Counted from the stretch's first letter, positions 10,841-20,193 are shown. The stretch is DNA of 41,463 bases from Bacteroidota bacterium (GCA_043748255.1 JAYTNQ010000335.1:1-41463), one strand, 5' to 3'. Notes: generated from the sequence alone by a model not told the origin. A program made the numbers and translations.

Positions 10841-10852
10841 TATGCGTGCATA
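10841..10852. promoter_or_regulatory. Near-perfect palindrome TATGCGTGCATA, candidate operator
   Basis: One mismatch from TATGCA/TGCATA; just upstream of a TATATTTA -7-like box (10822-10829) for the SDR gene. Confidence 0.4.
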
Positions 10853-11114
10853 ACAAATAACCAAAAAGTTATTAGTTGAAGGCTTGCTGTTGGTGTGATT
10901 TTTCGATATAAAAAACAATTTTACGAAATGCAGTGTTAAAAAACTGATTTTTCTCTCAAGGACCACAAGAGTGCAATGGCTTTGAATTATAAATTTGACG
11001 GGCAAACCAATTGTGTACGTTTTGACAACTTTCATGGTTTTCTGTAATAAAATACCCAAGTATTGTGTAAGGAACAAATAATGTCAATTTAGAATCACTT
11101 TCAAAAAGCAAATT

Positions 11115-11402
11115 TTGATCGAATGGACAAATGGTTTTGCCTTTGCCTTTATATTTTATAGCCATGATGTCGAGCGGTTTTATGATCAATTAAATGGAAC
11201 CACAAAAAACAATGATGGCAAACCAAAGACATATTCGGCAGCACTCACAACCCTTCAATTGTCTGAAGGATTGGTTTTTGAAATTGAAAATATAGGCATT
11301 CAAATGGCATATCGATTTGCCACTTTTGCAACTACAAATCCAAAACTCGATGCAAATTTTGGAACACAAAGTTTGGTTTTTGGACTTATTTATCACCAAT
11401 AA
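11115..11402 (+). pseudogene. Possible truncated gene remnant (beta-barrel-like C-terminus)
   Basis: 95-codon frame with only a TTG start and no signal peptide. Amphipathic strand-like end (IQMAYRF..SLVFGLIY). The upstream frames I read are closed by stops. Confidence 0.3.
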
Positions 11403-11520
11403 ATCTTTTGAACAAAAATTTAATATAAAATTGTGATTTAATCAGTATTTTAATTTTAAATTTGTTTAAATTAACAAAATGAAATTTAAAAGGTTCACTT
11501 AATTATTGATTCATTTATAA

Positions 11521-11550
11521 AAAAACCTTGCTTTTCAAAGTAAGGTTTTT
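11521..11550. terminator. Intrinsic terminator, probably bidirectional
   Basis: AAAAACCTTGCTTT-TC-AAAGTAAGGTTTTT hairpin 10 nt past the stop at 11560. Confidence 0.75.
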
Positions 11551-11559
11551 CTTTTAAAT

Positions 11560-12165
11560 CTATTTCCAAAAATAAAAAAGTATCAACTGTGGCATAATGC
11601 CAACCAAAAAACCAAGTGTTAGTTCTTTGCTATTGTGGGCTTTCATTTCTAATCGAGAACTTGCAACAAGACCAATACAACTCGACAAACATATTATTGT
11701 CAGCAACATTCGAATCTCAAAATACAAACTTAATTCTATAACAAAAACAACAAGAGCACTAATACCAATGAGGTGCAAACTTGCTTTATGTCCCATAAAA
11801 ATTAGAAACAAAGCCAAAAATGTGCTAAATATACTACCTATAAAAAAATAATATAATTCTGGATAATTTTCCAAATTTTGGCTCCTTTTTAATAAAATTA
11901 GCAGCAAAATAATATGAATTATAAGAGGCAAAATACGTTGACTTTTGTTGGCAATCATGATATTATCTACTTTGCCCAAACTCTTTAAAAGAAAAAAAAA
12001 TGAAATTGGAATCAAAATCGTTAAGATAACAACTTGGAATAAAAGTAAATAAAAATCATTCATTCCAAAACGACCAACATTATGAGTCCAATAGAGCAAT
12101 AATGCCATCGTTGGCACAAACAAAGGATGAAATATATATGAAAAAGAGATTAATATTTTTTTCAA
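11560..12165 (-). CDS. Conserved multi-pass membrane protein (PAP2-like C-terminal motifs)
   Basis: About 7 hydrophobic segments; SYIFHP, KASLH, SSRLEMKAH motifs. TTG start with TATTTTTG at 12193-12200. Confidence 0.75.
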   Translation of the reverse strand: MKKILISFSYIFHPLFVPTMALLLYWTHNVGRFGMNDFYLLLFQVVILTILIPISFFFLLKSLGKVDNIMIANKSQRILPLIIHIILLLILLKRSQNLENYPELYYFFIGSIFSTFLALFLIFMGHKASLHLIGISALVVFVIELSLYFEIRMLLTIICLSSCIGLVASSRLEMKAHNSKELTLGFLVGIMPQLILFYFWK

Positions 12166-12323
12166 TCTAAACTATTTTTTGGGTCTAATGCACAAAAATA
12201 ATGCTATTTTTTAGATGTAGTTCTCTAACAGACAAAATTAATGCTTATATTTTTGTTAAAATGTAATTTTTTCTCCTTTTTAGAGATTCTCCGCACACGC
12301 TTTCTCCAAATATGTCATTATGG

Positions 12324-12457
12324 TTTTTTTGTCGCACACTACCCTTCTCGCACACCACCTGACCCGCTGCACGCTATATCTTTTTGGGTTTTCTGAAAAA
12401 GAAAATCCAAAAAGGATGCCGCTGCATCGGGGCGAAATGAGACTTTTAAGTTTTCAA
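12324..12457 (+). repeat. REP/MITE-like hairpin repeat, left copy
   Basis: Core 12361-12434 GACCCGCTGCACGCTATATCTTTTTGG..CCAAAAAGGATGCCGCTGCATCGGGGCG folds into a long imperfect hairpin; its reverse complement aligns with 15110-15242. Confidence 0.85.
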
Positions 12458-12604
12458 AACTCCCAAATGTTAAAAAATATCCAAACGGTTCCGAACAAGC
12501 GGAGTTTATCTTATGGGTTATGTTTTTTGTAGGTATTCGATGATTGCAATTCATATTTACTTTTAAAGGTCAAGGAAAGGCTGGCTTTTGTAGGTAGTTT
12601 TTTT

Positions 12605-13483
12605 TTATAGTATTTTACCTGTATTAGTTAATTTAGCAGAAACATCACTCCAATTTCTAGTTAAATGAATTCTAACTTGTGAAACCAAATCTAATAAAAC
12701 ATCAGAATATATTGGTTGAATTGGTTGATTTTTTGCTCTTTTAGATTTTCTCAATACATAAATTTGGTCTATTTTAGAATAAATTGGGTCTACTTTTAAA
12801 TCAACATCATAATTTTCTGTTACTATGAAAAATAAAGAATATGGATTTCCAGACTTAACTTTTTCTGCTGTAGCAATTGAACCCTCTAACATTGTTTTAT
12901 CAATATATGTTTTGTTCTCAATTGCAACAATAGGTAAGTTAGTATTTATAGAATTTGAATCACCAATTGTAATGCTGATAGGTCTATAAATTGCAAAATC
13001 TTGGTCTTTATCATTTATTCCTATTTGTGGAGAATTCACAAATTCTTGAAAATTTGATCCTGAAAAAAATAAATTTGTATATGCTCTAGAGCTTCCAACT
13101 CTTAAATTATTATTTGAATCTTCAAGATTTACTTTCACTTCGTTTATTAAATCTTTGAAAAGAATATACATAAATTCTTCTAAAATTGTGGGTCTAAATT
13201 TACCTTGAGATGTAAAAACATTATCGTATTGATTTACATTAATGAAGTTGTAATAGTTGTTAAGTAATATTGTTCTATCTATGATGTTTTGTTCAGAATA
13301 ACCAATAATATGATTGTTTGCACTTATAAAATTAAAGTATTCATTCGCAATTATTGGAAGTGCATTTTTTTGAGCTTGACTTAAAGTTGCCCAATTTCCA
13401 AATTTTGCAATAATATTTGAAGCGTGTTTGTAAACACTTAAATCTAAAGTATTTAAAAATGCAATTAATTCTTGATTATTCAT
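12605..13483 (-). CDS. Type II restriction endonuclease, Bpu10I/DdeI family
   Basis: TILEEF, DQDFAI and AIENKTYIDKTM (PD-(D/E)xK core typical of the Bpu10I family). Overlaps the MTase stop by 8 nt. Very A+T-rich. Confidence 0.85.
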   Translation of the reverse strand: MNNQELIAFLNTLDLSVYKHASNIIAKFGNWATLSQAQKNALPIIANEYFNFISANNHIIGYSEQNIIDRTILLNNYYNFINVNQYDNVFTSQGKFRPTILEEFMYILFKDLINEVKVNLEDSNNNLRVGSSRAYTNLFFSGSNFQEFVNSPQIGINDKDQDFAIYRPISITIGDSNSINTNLPIVAIENKTYIDKTMLEGSIATAEKVKSGNPYSLFFIVTENYDVDLKVDPIYSKIDQIYVLRKSKRAKNQPIQPIYSDVLLDLVSQVRIHLTRNWSDVSAKLTNTGKIL

Positions 13484-14672
13484 TATATATTATTTCAGGT
13501 TCATTAAAAATTAAAAATTGATTTTCTTCCATTGGTTCGTCATAATTACCATTTTCAAGCACTCTTTTAAGAGTTGTAGCTATTTCAAATGCCATCAATG
13601 GCGGTACTGCATTTCCGATTTGTTGATATTGACTTAAACCTTTTTCCCAACTCATTTTAGTTCTCATTCCTTCAAAAATGAAATCATCTGGAAAAGATTG
13701 TAATCTTGCACCTTCTCTTGCAGTAAAATTTCTATCTAAAAATGGATGTATAAAATTACTTTGAAAAGATGCTGCAATTGTTGGAGCTGGCTTATTTGCA
13801 ATCAATCTCAAGTTGTTTTGACTAAATTTTACATTTGATTTTTCATTTGGATTTCCTCTTTGTACTGCTCCGTGAGTTTCCCATACATCTAGTAGGTTTT
13901 TACCTGGTTGAATTGCTCTAAATCTGTCAATCAACCTTTGAGTGTGACGCATTGCAATATGATTAAAAACTTTTTTAGAATTTTTACGCATAAATTGTTG
14001 ATAATCATTCATTGGCTTACTTGCATAATTCAATTTTTCTTCACCTTCTCCTGCATTTATTTTTGGTAAATCACTGATTGCTTCTTCCACTGTTATTTCC
14101 TTTTCATATTTTTTTGATGGAAATTCAGGAACTAATTCTAAATCTTTTCTTATTCCTATAATAATTACTCTTTCTCTTGATTGAGGAACACCGTAATCAG
14201 AAGCTTTTAGAACTTTTGTTCTTACTTCATATCCAAATTTACCCGAATTTTCAAACTCATTTTGGATTTGTTTAATTACTTGCCCTGTTTCCATAGATAA
14301 TAATCCTTTAACATTTTCCATTACAAATGATTTAGGATTGTACCAGTTTATAGTTTTAACAAATTCATAAAAAAGTTTATTTCGCGGGTCTTCTGATACT
14401 TTATTTCTTTTTTTATTAGCTAAACTAAATCCTTGACAAGGCGGACCGCCAATAATCACATCAATTTCTTTTTCTGAAATAATTTTATCAAATTCATCTT
14501 TTGTGAATTCTGATAAATCTCCACAAAGAAATGGAATTTCAGGAAAGTTTGTTGCAAAAGTTTTTTCACAATTTTCATCAATATCAGAGGCAAGTACTGA
14601 ATTAAAACCTGCCCATCCAAAGCCAAGTGTCATTCCACCACAACCTGAAAATAAATCAATTGAATTTTGCAT
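13476..14672 (-). CDS. DNA (cytosine-5)-methyltransferase, M.DdeI-like
   Basis: DLFSGCGG (I), GGPPCQGFS (IV), ENV (VI), QSRERV (VIII), REGARLQSFPD (IX), QIGNAVPP (X). The variable region resembles M.DdeI as I recall it. Confidence 0.93.
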   Translation of the reverse strand: MQNSIDLFSGCGGMTLGFGWAGFNSVLASDIDENCEKTFATNFPEIPFLCGDLSEFTKDEFDKIISEKEIDVIIGGPPCQGFSLANKKRNKVSEDPRNKLFYEFVKTINWYNPKSFVMENVKGLLSMETGQVIKQIQNEFENSGKFGYEVRTKVLKASDYGVPQSRERVIIIGIRKDLELVPEFPSKKYEKEITVEEAISDLPKINAGEGEEKLNYASKPMNDYQQFMRKNSKKVFNHIAMRHTQRLIDRFRAIQPGKNLLDVWETHGAVQRGNPNEKSNVKFSQNNLRLIANKPAPTIAASFQSNFIHPFLDRNFTAREGARLQSFPDDFIFEGMRTKMSWEKGLSQYQQIGNAVPPLMAFEIATTLKRVLENGNYDEPMEENQFLIFNEPEIIYNE

Positions 14673-14687
14673 ATATTCTTTTTATTG

Positions 14688-14695
14688 CAAATATA
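14688..14695 (-). promoter_or_regulatory. -7 promoter box for the R-M operon
   Basis: TATATTTG 15 nt upstream of the MTase ATG. Confidence 0.65.
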
Positions 14696-14881
14696 AATTT
14701 TTATTAGTTAATTCTGTTGCTTTTTTGTTTTTTAAAATTACATATAACTCATAAATACACGCAACTAAAAAAAGTTGAAATTGTATAAATCATAAATTAA
14801 CGTTGTTTTAATAAAAAACTATTTCAAAAAGCGCATTGCTTATTTGTGAATTGCTTTTTAATAATAGAAATATAAACATTT

Positions 14882-15050
14882 TTATAACGTTGTGTCTAAT
14901 GGACTAATATTTTTCGTTCTGTTTTGTCATATACTTGTGTATATAATAAGTTGGTTTTAATATCGTTATGGCCTAATAATTCTCGTATAAATCTAATGTC
15001 TGTGCCTTGCTCAAGTAAATGTGTGACAATACAAACTGTATAGCGCGTGA
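14882..15050 (-). pseudogene. C-terminal remnant of a XerD/integron-integrase-like tyrosine recombinase
   Basis: THLLEQGTDIRFIRELLGHNDIKTNLLYTQV is box II with the catalytic His and Tyr. After a frameshift it continues ISPLDTTL*. The HxLRH motif is decayed and the N-terminus is missing. Confidence 0.85.
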
Positions 15051-15109
15051 TGGTTGAAATGCTTTGGATGAAATTACATTGTTTTGACCTACCAAAAACC
15101 AACAACAAG

Positions 15110-15242
15110 TTGAAAACCCTAAAGGTCTATAATCGCCCCGATGTAGCGGTATCCTTTTTTTGGTTTTTGAAAAAAACCAAAAAAAGATATAGCGTGCAGC
15201 GGGACGGGTGGCTTGTGATAGGAGAGGTGTGCGCCAAAAAAA
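15110..15242 (-). repeat. REP/MITE-like hairpin repeat, right copy (inverted relative to left)
   Basis: Core 15134-15205 CGCCCCGATGTAGCGGTATCCTTTTTTTGG..CCAAAAAAAGATATAGCGTGCAGCGGGAC. Confidence 0.85.
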
Positions 15243-15276
15243 GAAAAAAAATCTGTTGTTTATGTGGTTTTGAAAT

Positions 15277-16959
15277 TTAAAATCCAAGGGCGGTGTCGTC
15301 GCCACGGGTGTCTGCACCACCTTCGAGGGTTCCGTTTTGAAGCTGTAGTATGGCATCGATTTTGCCAAGGATAACGGCGTTTTTTTGAATGATGTTGTAT
15401 CCTTTTTGACGTAAATCCTGGAGTAGTTTTGGGTCGAAACCTTCGGGTTCAAATACAATTTCGTCTGGTAGCCATTGGTGGTGGAATTTTGGTGCATTGA
15501 CGGCTTGTTGCATTCCCATCTTGAATTGGGTGACGTTGAGAATAGTTTGTAGTACCGATGTGATGATGGTTGAACCTCCTGGTGTGCCAACGACCATTAG
15601 GAGTTTGTTGTTTTTTTCGACAATTGTTGGGGTCATTGAGCTTAGCATTCGTTTGTGTGCTGCGATGCTATTGGCTTGTGAACCCGTGAGGCCATAGAGG
15701 TTTGGTGTGCCTGGTTTTGCCGAAAAATCGTCCATTTGGTTGTTTAAAAATATGCCAAGCTGGTCACAATATATTTTGGACCCATAGTGATCATTGAGTG
15801 TTGTAGTTGCCGATACAGCATTTCCTTCGGTGTCCACAATCGAGTAGTGTGTGGTTTGTGTGCTCTCTGATGCTTGTATTACACCTCTATTTATTTCGCT
15901 TGATTTGGTGGCTTTGTTGAACGAAAAGTTTGCCATTCGGTTTTTAAGGTATTTTTGTGAGGTGAGATTTTGGGTTGGAATGTTTACAAAATCCGGGTCG
16001 CCGAGATAAAAATTTCGGTCGGAATATGCGCGTCTTTCTGCTTCGACAATTAGTTGAATTGTTTTTTGGGTGTTGTGCCCCATTTTAGACAGCTTGTAGG
16101 GCTCGATCATTTTCATGATTTGATTCAGGCAAATGCCACCGCTGCTTGGTGGCGACATCGAAATGATTTTGAGGTCTTTGTATTGAAATGTGATGGGTTT
16201 TCGCCACTTGGCTTGGTAGGATTGTAGGTCGTTTAGGGTCATATTACCTCCTTTTTGTTTGAGAAAATCAATTAAAATTTTTGCAGTTTCTCCTCGATAA
16301 AATTCGTCTCGACCGTTTTTGGCGATTCGTTTTAAGGTTTTGGACAGCGCAAAATATTTTATGGTATCATTTTTTTTATATTCTTTTGAAAACAAACTAT
16401 TTGTGCCATTTACTTCAACAAAAATTTTGCGATACTCTGCTAATATTTTTGCATCATTTGCGGATACGACTACGCCTTTTTCGGCCAGTTTGATGATCGG
16501 TTCTAATATTTGTGAAAGTGTTAATTTGCCCATTTTGTGATGCACTTCAAATATTCCGGCTATGGTGCCGGGAACACCAATTGCTATTGCCGATTGTGTG
16601 CTCAAACCCGCAATTACGTTTCCGCTTGGGTCCAAATACATATCTTTGGTTGCTTTTTCGGGTGCTTTTTCACGATAGTCGAGGGCTCCTGTTTCTCCGT
16701 TTGCTTTTCGATATACCATAAATCCGCCTCCGCCAAGGTTGCCTGCTTGTGGATAACATACGGCAAGTGCCAGCTCTGTTGCAATCATGGCGTCAAAGGC
16801 GTTGCCACCGTTTTTGATGATTTGCAACCCAATTTCAGAGGCTTCAGAGCGTGCCGAAACAACCATAGCTTTGTGTGCAATGACACCTGTTTGTGCATGA
16901 GAGGCAATAAAAAAGAATGTTATGATAAAGTAAAAACTGTTTTGGATTAATTTTTTCAT
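15277..16959 (-). CDS. ggt: Gamma-glutamyltransferase
   Basis: GGNAFDA, GNLGGGGF, DYRE, TTHYS (nucleophile Thr), LNNQMDDF, SSMTP, GTPGGSTI. Start at ATG 16959 gives a signal peptide. Confidence 0.96.
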   Translation of the reverse strand: MKKLIQNSFYFIITFFFIASHAQTGVIAHKAMVVSARSEASEIGLQIIKNGGNAFDAMIATELALAVCYPQAGNLGGGGFMVYRKANGETGALDYREKAPEKATKDMYLDPSGNVIAGLSTQSAIAIGVPGTIAGIFEVHHKMGKLTLSQILEPIIKLAEKGVVVSANDAKILAEYRKIFVEVNGTNSLFSKEYKKNDTIKYFALSKTLKRIAKNGRDEFYRGETAKILIDFLKQKGGNMTLNDLQSYQAKWRKPITFQYKDLKIISMSPPSSGGICLNQIMKMIEPYKLSKMGHNTQKTIQLIVEAERRAYSDRNFYLGDPDFVNIPTQNLTSQKYLKNRMANFSFNKATKSSEINRGVIQASESTQTTHYSIVDTEGNAVSATTTLNDHYGSKIYCDQLGIFLNNQMDDFSAKPGTPNLYGLTGSQANSIAAHKRMLSSMTPTIVEKNNKLLMVVGTPGGSTIITSVLQTILNVTQFKMGMQQAVNAPKFHHQWLPDEIVFEPEGFDPKLLQDLRQKGYNIIQKNAVILGKIDAILQLQNGTLEGGADTRGDDTALGF

Positions 16960-17029
16960 AGTATAGTATGTTTTTAAATTTGGAGTTTGCAATCAGAATA
17001 CTTTATAAATAATAATCAGCATCTTAATT

Positions 17030-18916
17030 TCATCTTTTTAGACTAAAACTGCCTCGTTTTTCGATTTCGTTTGGAAGATTCATCACAAACCAATAATCGT
17101 CTGATGGAAGTTTTTTTCCAAATTTGGTGCCATCCCAACGTGGGTTTATTGCACTTAGCTGTGTGATCAAGACACCAAATCTATCAAATATATTTATAGT
17201 AGCGTTTTGCAAAAGCGAAAGTCCAAGCACTTCAAAATAGTCGTTGATTGCATCATTATTGGGAGTAAAAAACAGTGGAACTACAATCAAAATAAAATCT
17301 TTTTTGTCGATTCCGCATAGGTGTAGTTCTCTGATATAAGCGGTATTGAGGCCACCAGTTACGTTTTCAAAAACATTTCCATTTTGATAATTAATACCAT
17401 CAATCGAATATTCAAAATCCCCAATTTGAAGTGGGTTAATGGTTACAGTAGTTTCATTTGTTTGAACACTTACAATTTTTGGAGTGCTATGTCCTATGAC
17501 AGTAATTTTTTTGGTTGCAGAACAGTTTGCCAAATTGGTGGCAATAACGCTATAAATCCCTGGTTTTGAAACTTCAATTGTTTGAGTAGTTTCGGTAGTT
17601 GACCATTTGTAGGTTGCGTTTAGAATATCAGCATTTAATGTTATTTTGGCGCCATCGCATAGGTCAAACAGTTGATCTGTCATAATTGGTGAGGTCAAAA
17701 CCGTTAATTTCACTGGGGTTCTGGCAAAACTGATACAATTGGTGTTTGGTGGATAACTTTCGGCATAAAAGGTTCCGGCAGCAGTTGGTATATAGTTGTT
17801 TGAATTTTTTAGCAATAAATTTCCATTCAAAGGTGCGTCAAACCAACTTACATCGGTGCCAGAATTTGGCGTAACAGCAAGCGCTGGAAAGGGTTCGTTG
17901 TCACAAACAAATTTGTCACCAAGGGAGGTAGGAGGTGGGGGTTTTGGATAAACCGTAATGCTAAAAACATCTGATATTGTATAACAAAAAGGGTTTGAAA
18001 GATTTTGAATATCCTGTGCTACTTTGACACGAAAATAATCTGTTGTCATCAAATTTGAAACATTAAGTATAGCATTTGTTTGACCAATAATATCAAACCA
18101 AGTGCTATTGTCTATGCTTTCTTGCCATTGAAATACGTGAGGTTGCGTGCTTGATACATTGATGCTTAAAGGCATATTGATGGGTATATTGCTATCACAA
18201 ATATTGGCACTATTCCCTGTAATTCCGGCGGTGCTAATAGTTGCAAAATCGCCACAAGAGCGAAACATAATGTCATCTATTGCCAAATCGTTTCCGCATC
18301 CGCCAACACCGTTGTTTTTCATTTTCAAAACAATATCTGTTTGCCCAGGAAGCGTTGTAAAATTCAGAGCAAATTGAGTCCAAACCGCCGTTGGAGTTCC
18401 GTTTATCGCGCCAGTATCTCCAGATTTGAGCAAAGTAGTTTCGGTAGCATCCCAAATTTCAAATTTAATATTCACAGGTATTCCTGTGCCGGCACAAATG
18501 TTTGAAGTAGGATTATAGACATTCATGATCCATGCCGTAAATTCAAAAGTGGTATTTACGCAAAGTCCGTTTACTTTGCGTTTATAAAACTCGCCTGCCG
18601 TAAAACTTGCATTAACTAATAATGCCTTTCCGTTTGTGCCATCTACTTGATTATCTGGCGTATGATCGTCTGAATTGTGCCAAGAGTTCCAGAAAAAAGT
18701 TTTGTGAAACAAAGTATAAAAACCATCATTTGGATCGCTACCTATATAGTTGTATGAGGTTATTCCTGGAGCAAGTGCTGGACCAAAATTGGTGCCACTA
18801 CCAAAATTTTCAAAAAAAACTGGCTCGCCTTTACTACCATTACAAAAACCAAGTTGCCCATATAATAATGGTTGACACATAAAAACGGCTATTAATAAAA
18901 AATTTTTCAAGATCAA
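17030..18916 (-). CDS. T9SS type-B sorting-domain protein
   Basis: Signal peptide; GNDLAIDDI motif; C-terminal FTPNNDAIND..IFDRFG..WDG..LPSDDYWF..GSFSLKR. Confidence 0.9.
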   Translation of the reverse strand: MILKNFLLIAVFMCQPLLYGQLGFCNGSKGEPVFFENFGSGTNFGPALAPGITSYNYIGSDPNDGFYTLFHKTFFWNSWHNSDDHTPDNQVDGTNGKALLVNASFTAGEFYKRKVNGLCVNTTFEFTAWIMNVYNPTSNICAGTGIPVNIKFEIWDATETTLLKSGDTGAINGTPTAVWTQFALNFTTLPGQTDIVLKMKNNGVGGCGNDLAIDDIMFRSCGDFATISTAGITGNSANICDSNIPINMPLSINVSSTQPHVFQWQESIDNSTWFDIIGQTNAILNVSNLMTTDYFRVKVAQDIQNLSNPFCYTISDVFSITVYPKPPPPTSLGDKFVCDNEPFPALAVTPNSGTDVSWFDAPLNGNLLLKNSNNYIPTAAGTFYAESYPPNTNCISFARTPVKLTVLTSPIMTDQLFDLCDGAKITLNADILNATYKWSTTETTQTIEVSKPGIYSVIATNLANCSATKKITVIGHSTPKIVSVQTNETTVTINPLQIGDFEYSIDGINYQNGNVFENVTGGLNTAYIRELHLCGIDKKDFILIVVPLFFTPNNDAINDYFEVLGLSLLQNATINIFDRFGVLITQLSAINPRWDGTKFGKKLPSDDYWFVMNLPNEIEKRGSFSLKR

Positions 18917-18930
18917 TTTTTTGTAAATGT

Positions 18931-18960
18931 AAAAAAAAACTGCCCATAATTAGGCAGTTT
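18931..18960 (-). terminator. Intrinsic terminator of icd
   Basis: AAACTGCC-N8-GGCAGTTT stem followed on the minus strand by a T run. Confidence 0.8.
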
Positions 18961-18969
18961 AAAAATATT

Positions 18970-20193
18970 TTATGTCAATTTGTTTTCTAAATTTTCTTTG
19001 ATTGCTTCCAGAAAATTTTCTGTAGTAAGATAATCGGCTTCGGTCAAGCCAATTGGTTTGACCAACATGGCCAAATCTTTGGTCATTTTTCCGCTTTCGA
19101 CGGTATCAATGCAAACTTGCTCAAGTGTGTTACAAAAATTAATCAACTCTTGATTATTATCCAATTTTCCGCGGTGCTCCAAACCTCGAGTCCAAGCAAA
19201 TATTGATGCAATTGGGTTTGTTGAAGTTGCTTTTCCTTGTTGGTGCATGCGATAGTGACGCGTAACGGTACCGTGTGCCGCCTCGGCCTCAACGGTTTTT
19301 CCGTCGGGAGTGACCAATACAGAGGTCATCAAACCCAATGAACCAAATCCTTGTGCTACGGTATCAGATTGCACATCGCCATCATAATTTTTGCAAGCCC
19401 AAACAAATCCGCCGCTCCATTTCATGGCAGAAGCAACCATATCATCAATCAATCTGTGTTCATAAACCATACCATTTTTGTCAAATTCGGCTTTATATGT
19501 AGATTGAAAAACTTCTTCAAAAATATCTTTAAAACGACCGTCATAAGCCTTCAAAATGGTATTTTTGGTTGACAAATATAAAGGCCATTTTTTGGTAAGA
19601 GCCATTTGAAAAGACGAATGAGCAAAACCATAAATACTTTCATCAGTGTTATACATCGCCATGGCAACTCCATCACCATCAAAATCAAATACTTCCCAAG
19701 TTTGTGTTTCGCCGGCATCAGGAACAAATGTCATAGTGAGTTTTCCTTTTCCTTTTATGACAGTATCTGTTGCTTTATATTGATCGCCAAAAGCGTGACG
19801 CCCAATCACAATTGGTTTTGTCCAACCCTGAACATATCTGGGCACATTACTCATGATGATAGGTTCGCGAAAAACGGTACCGCCAACAATATTTCGAATA
19901 GTACCGTTTGGGGATTTCCACATTTTCGAAAGATTAAATTCTTTTACACGCTCTTCATCTGGAGTGATAGTTGCACATTTGATGCCAACATTGTATTTTT
20001 TTATAGCCTCTGCCGAGTCTATCGTAATTTGATCTTTGGTTGCTTCGCGGCTTTCGATACCCAAATCATAATACTTGATATCCAAATCAAGATAAGGCAA
20101 AATAAGTTTTTCTTTAATAAAAGTCCAAATTATTCTTGTCATTTCATCGCCATCAAGCTCTACCACTGGATTGGCTACTTTAATTTTTGTCAT
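18970..20193 (-). CDS. icd: NADP-dependent isocitrate dehydrogenase (type II)
   Basis: [53 protein letters not shown] at 20231-20238. Confidence 0.97.
   Translation of the reverse strand: MTKIKVANPVVELDGDEMTRIIWTFIKEKLILPYLDLDIKYYDLGIESREATKDQITIDSAEAIKKYNVGIKCATITPDEERVKEFNLSKMWKSPNGTIRNIVGGTVFREPIIMSNVPRYVQGWTKPIVIGRHAFGDQYKATDTVIKGKGKLTMTFVPDAGETQTWEVFDFDGDGVAMAMYNTDESIYGFAHSSFQMALTKKWPLYLSTKNTILKAYDGRFKDIFEEVFQSTYKAEFDKNGMVYEHRLIDDMVASAMKWSGGFVWACKNYDGDVQSDTVAQGFGSLGLMTSVLVTPDGKTVEAEAAHGTVTRHYRMHQQGKATSTNPIASIFAWTRGLEHRGKLDNNQELINFCNTLEQVCIDTVESGKMTKDLAMLVKPIGLTEADYLTTENFLEAIKENLENKLT

Noticed and set aside
10805-11077. 90-aa N-terminal extension of the SDR in the ORF track
   Set aside because: It spans the promoter-like region; SDR similarity begins at ATG 10804.
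14826-14858. AAAAAGC..GCTTTTT inverted repeat downstream of the integrase remnant
   Set aside because: The inner stem pairs poorly, so it cannot be supported as a terminator or att site.
12324-15242. CRISPR array or autonomous IS element
   Set aside because: Only two repeat copies, in inverted orientation, with no spacer periodicity, cas gene, transposase or target-site duplication.
14973-15590. 205-aa minus-strand ORF, plus ORFs 15047-15280, 12320-12532 and 12339-12554
   Set aside because: They are translations through the hairpin repeats and an alternative ggt frame; their mutual similarity comes from the DNA repeat.
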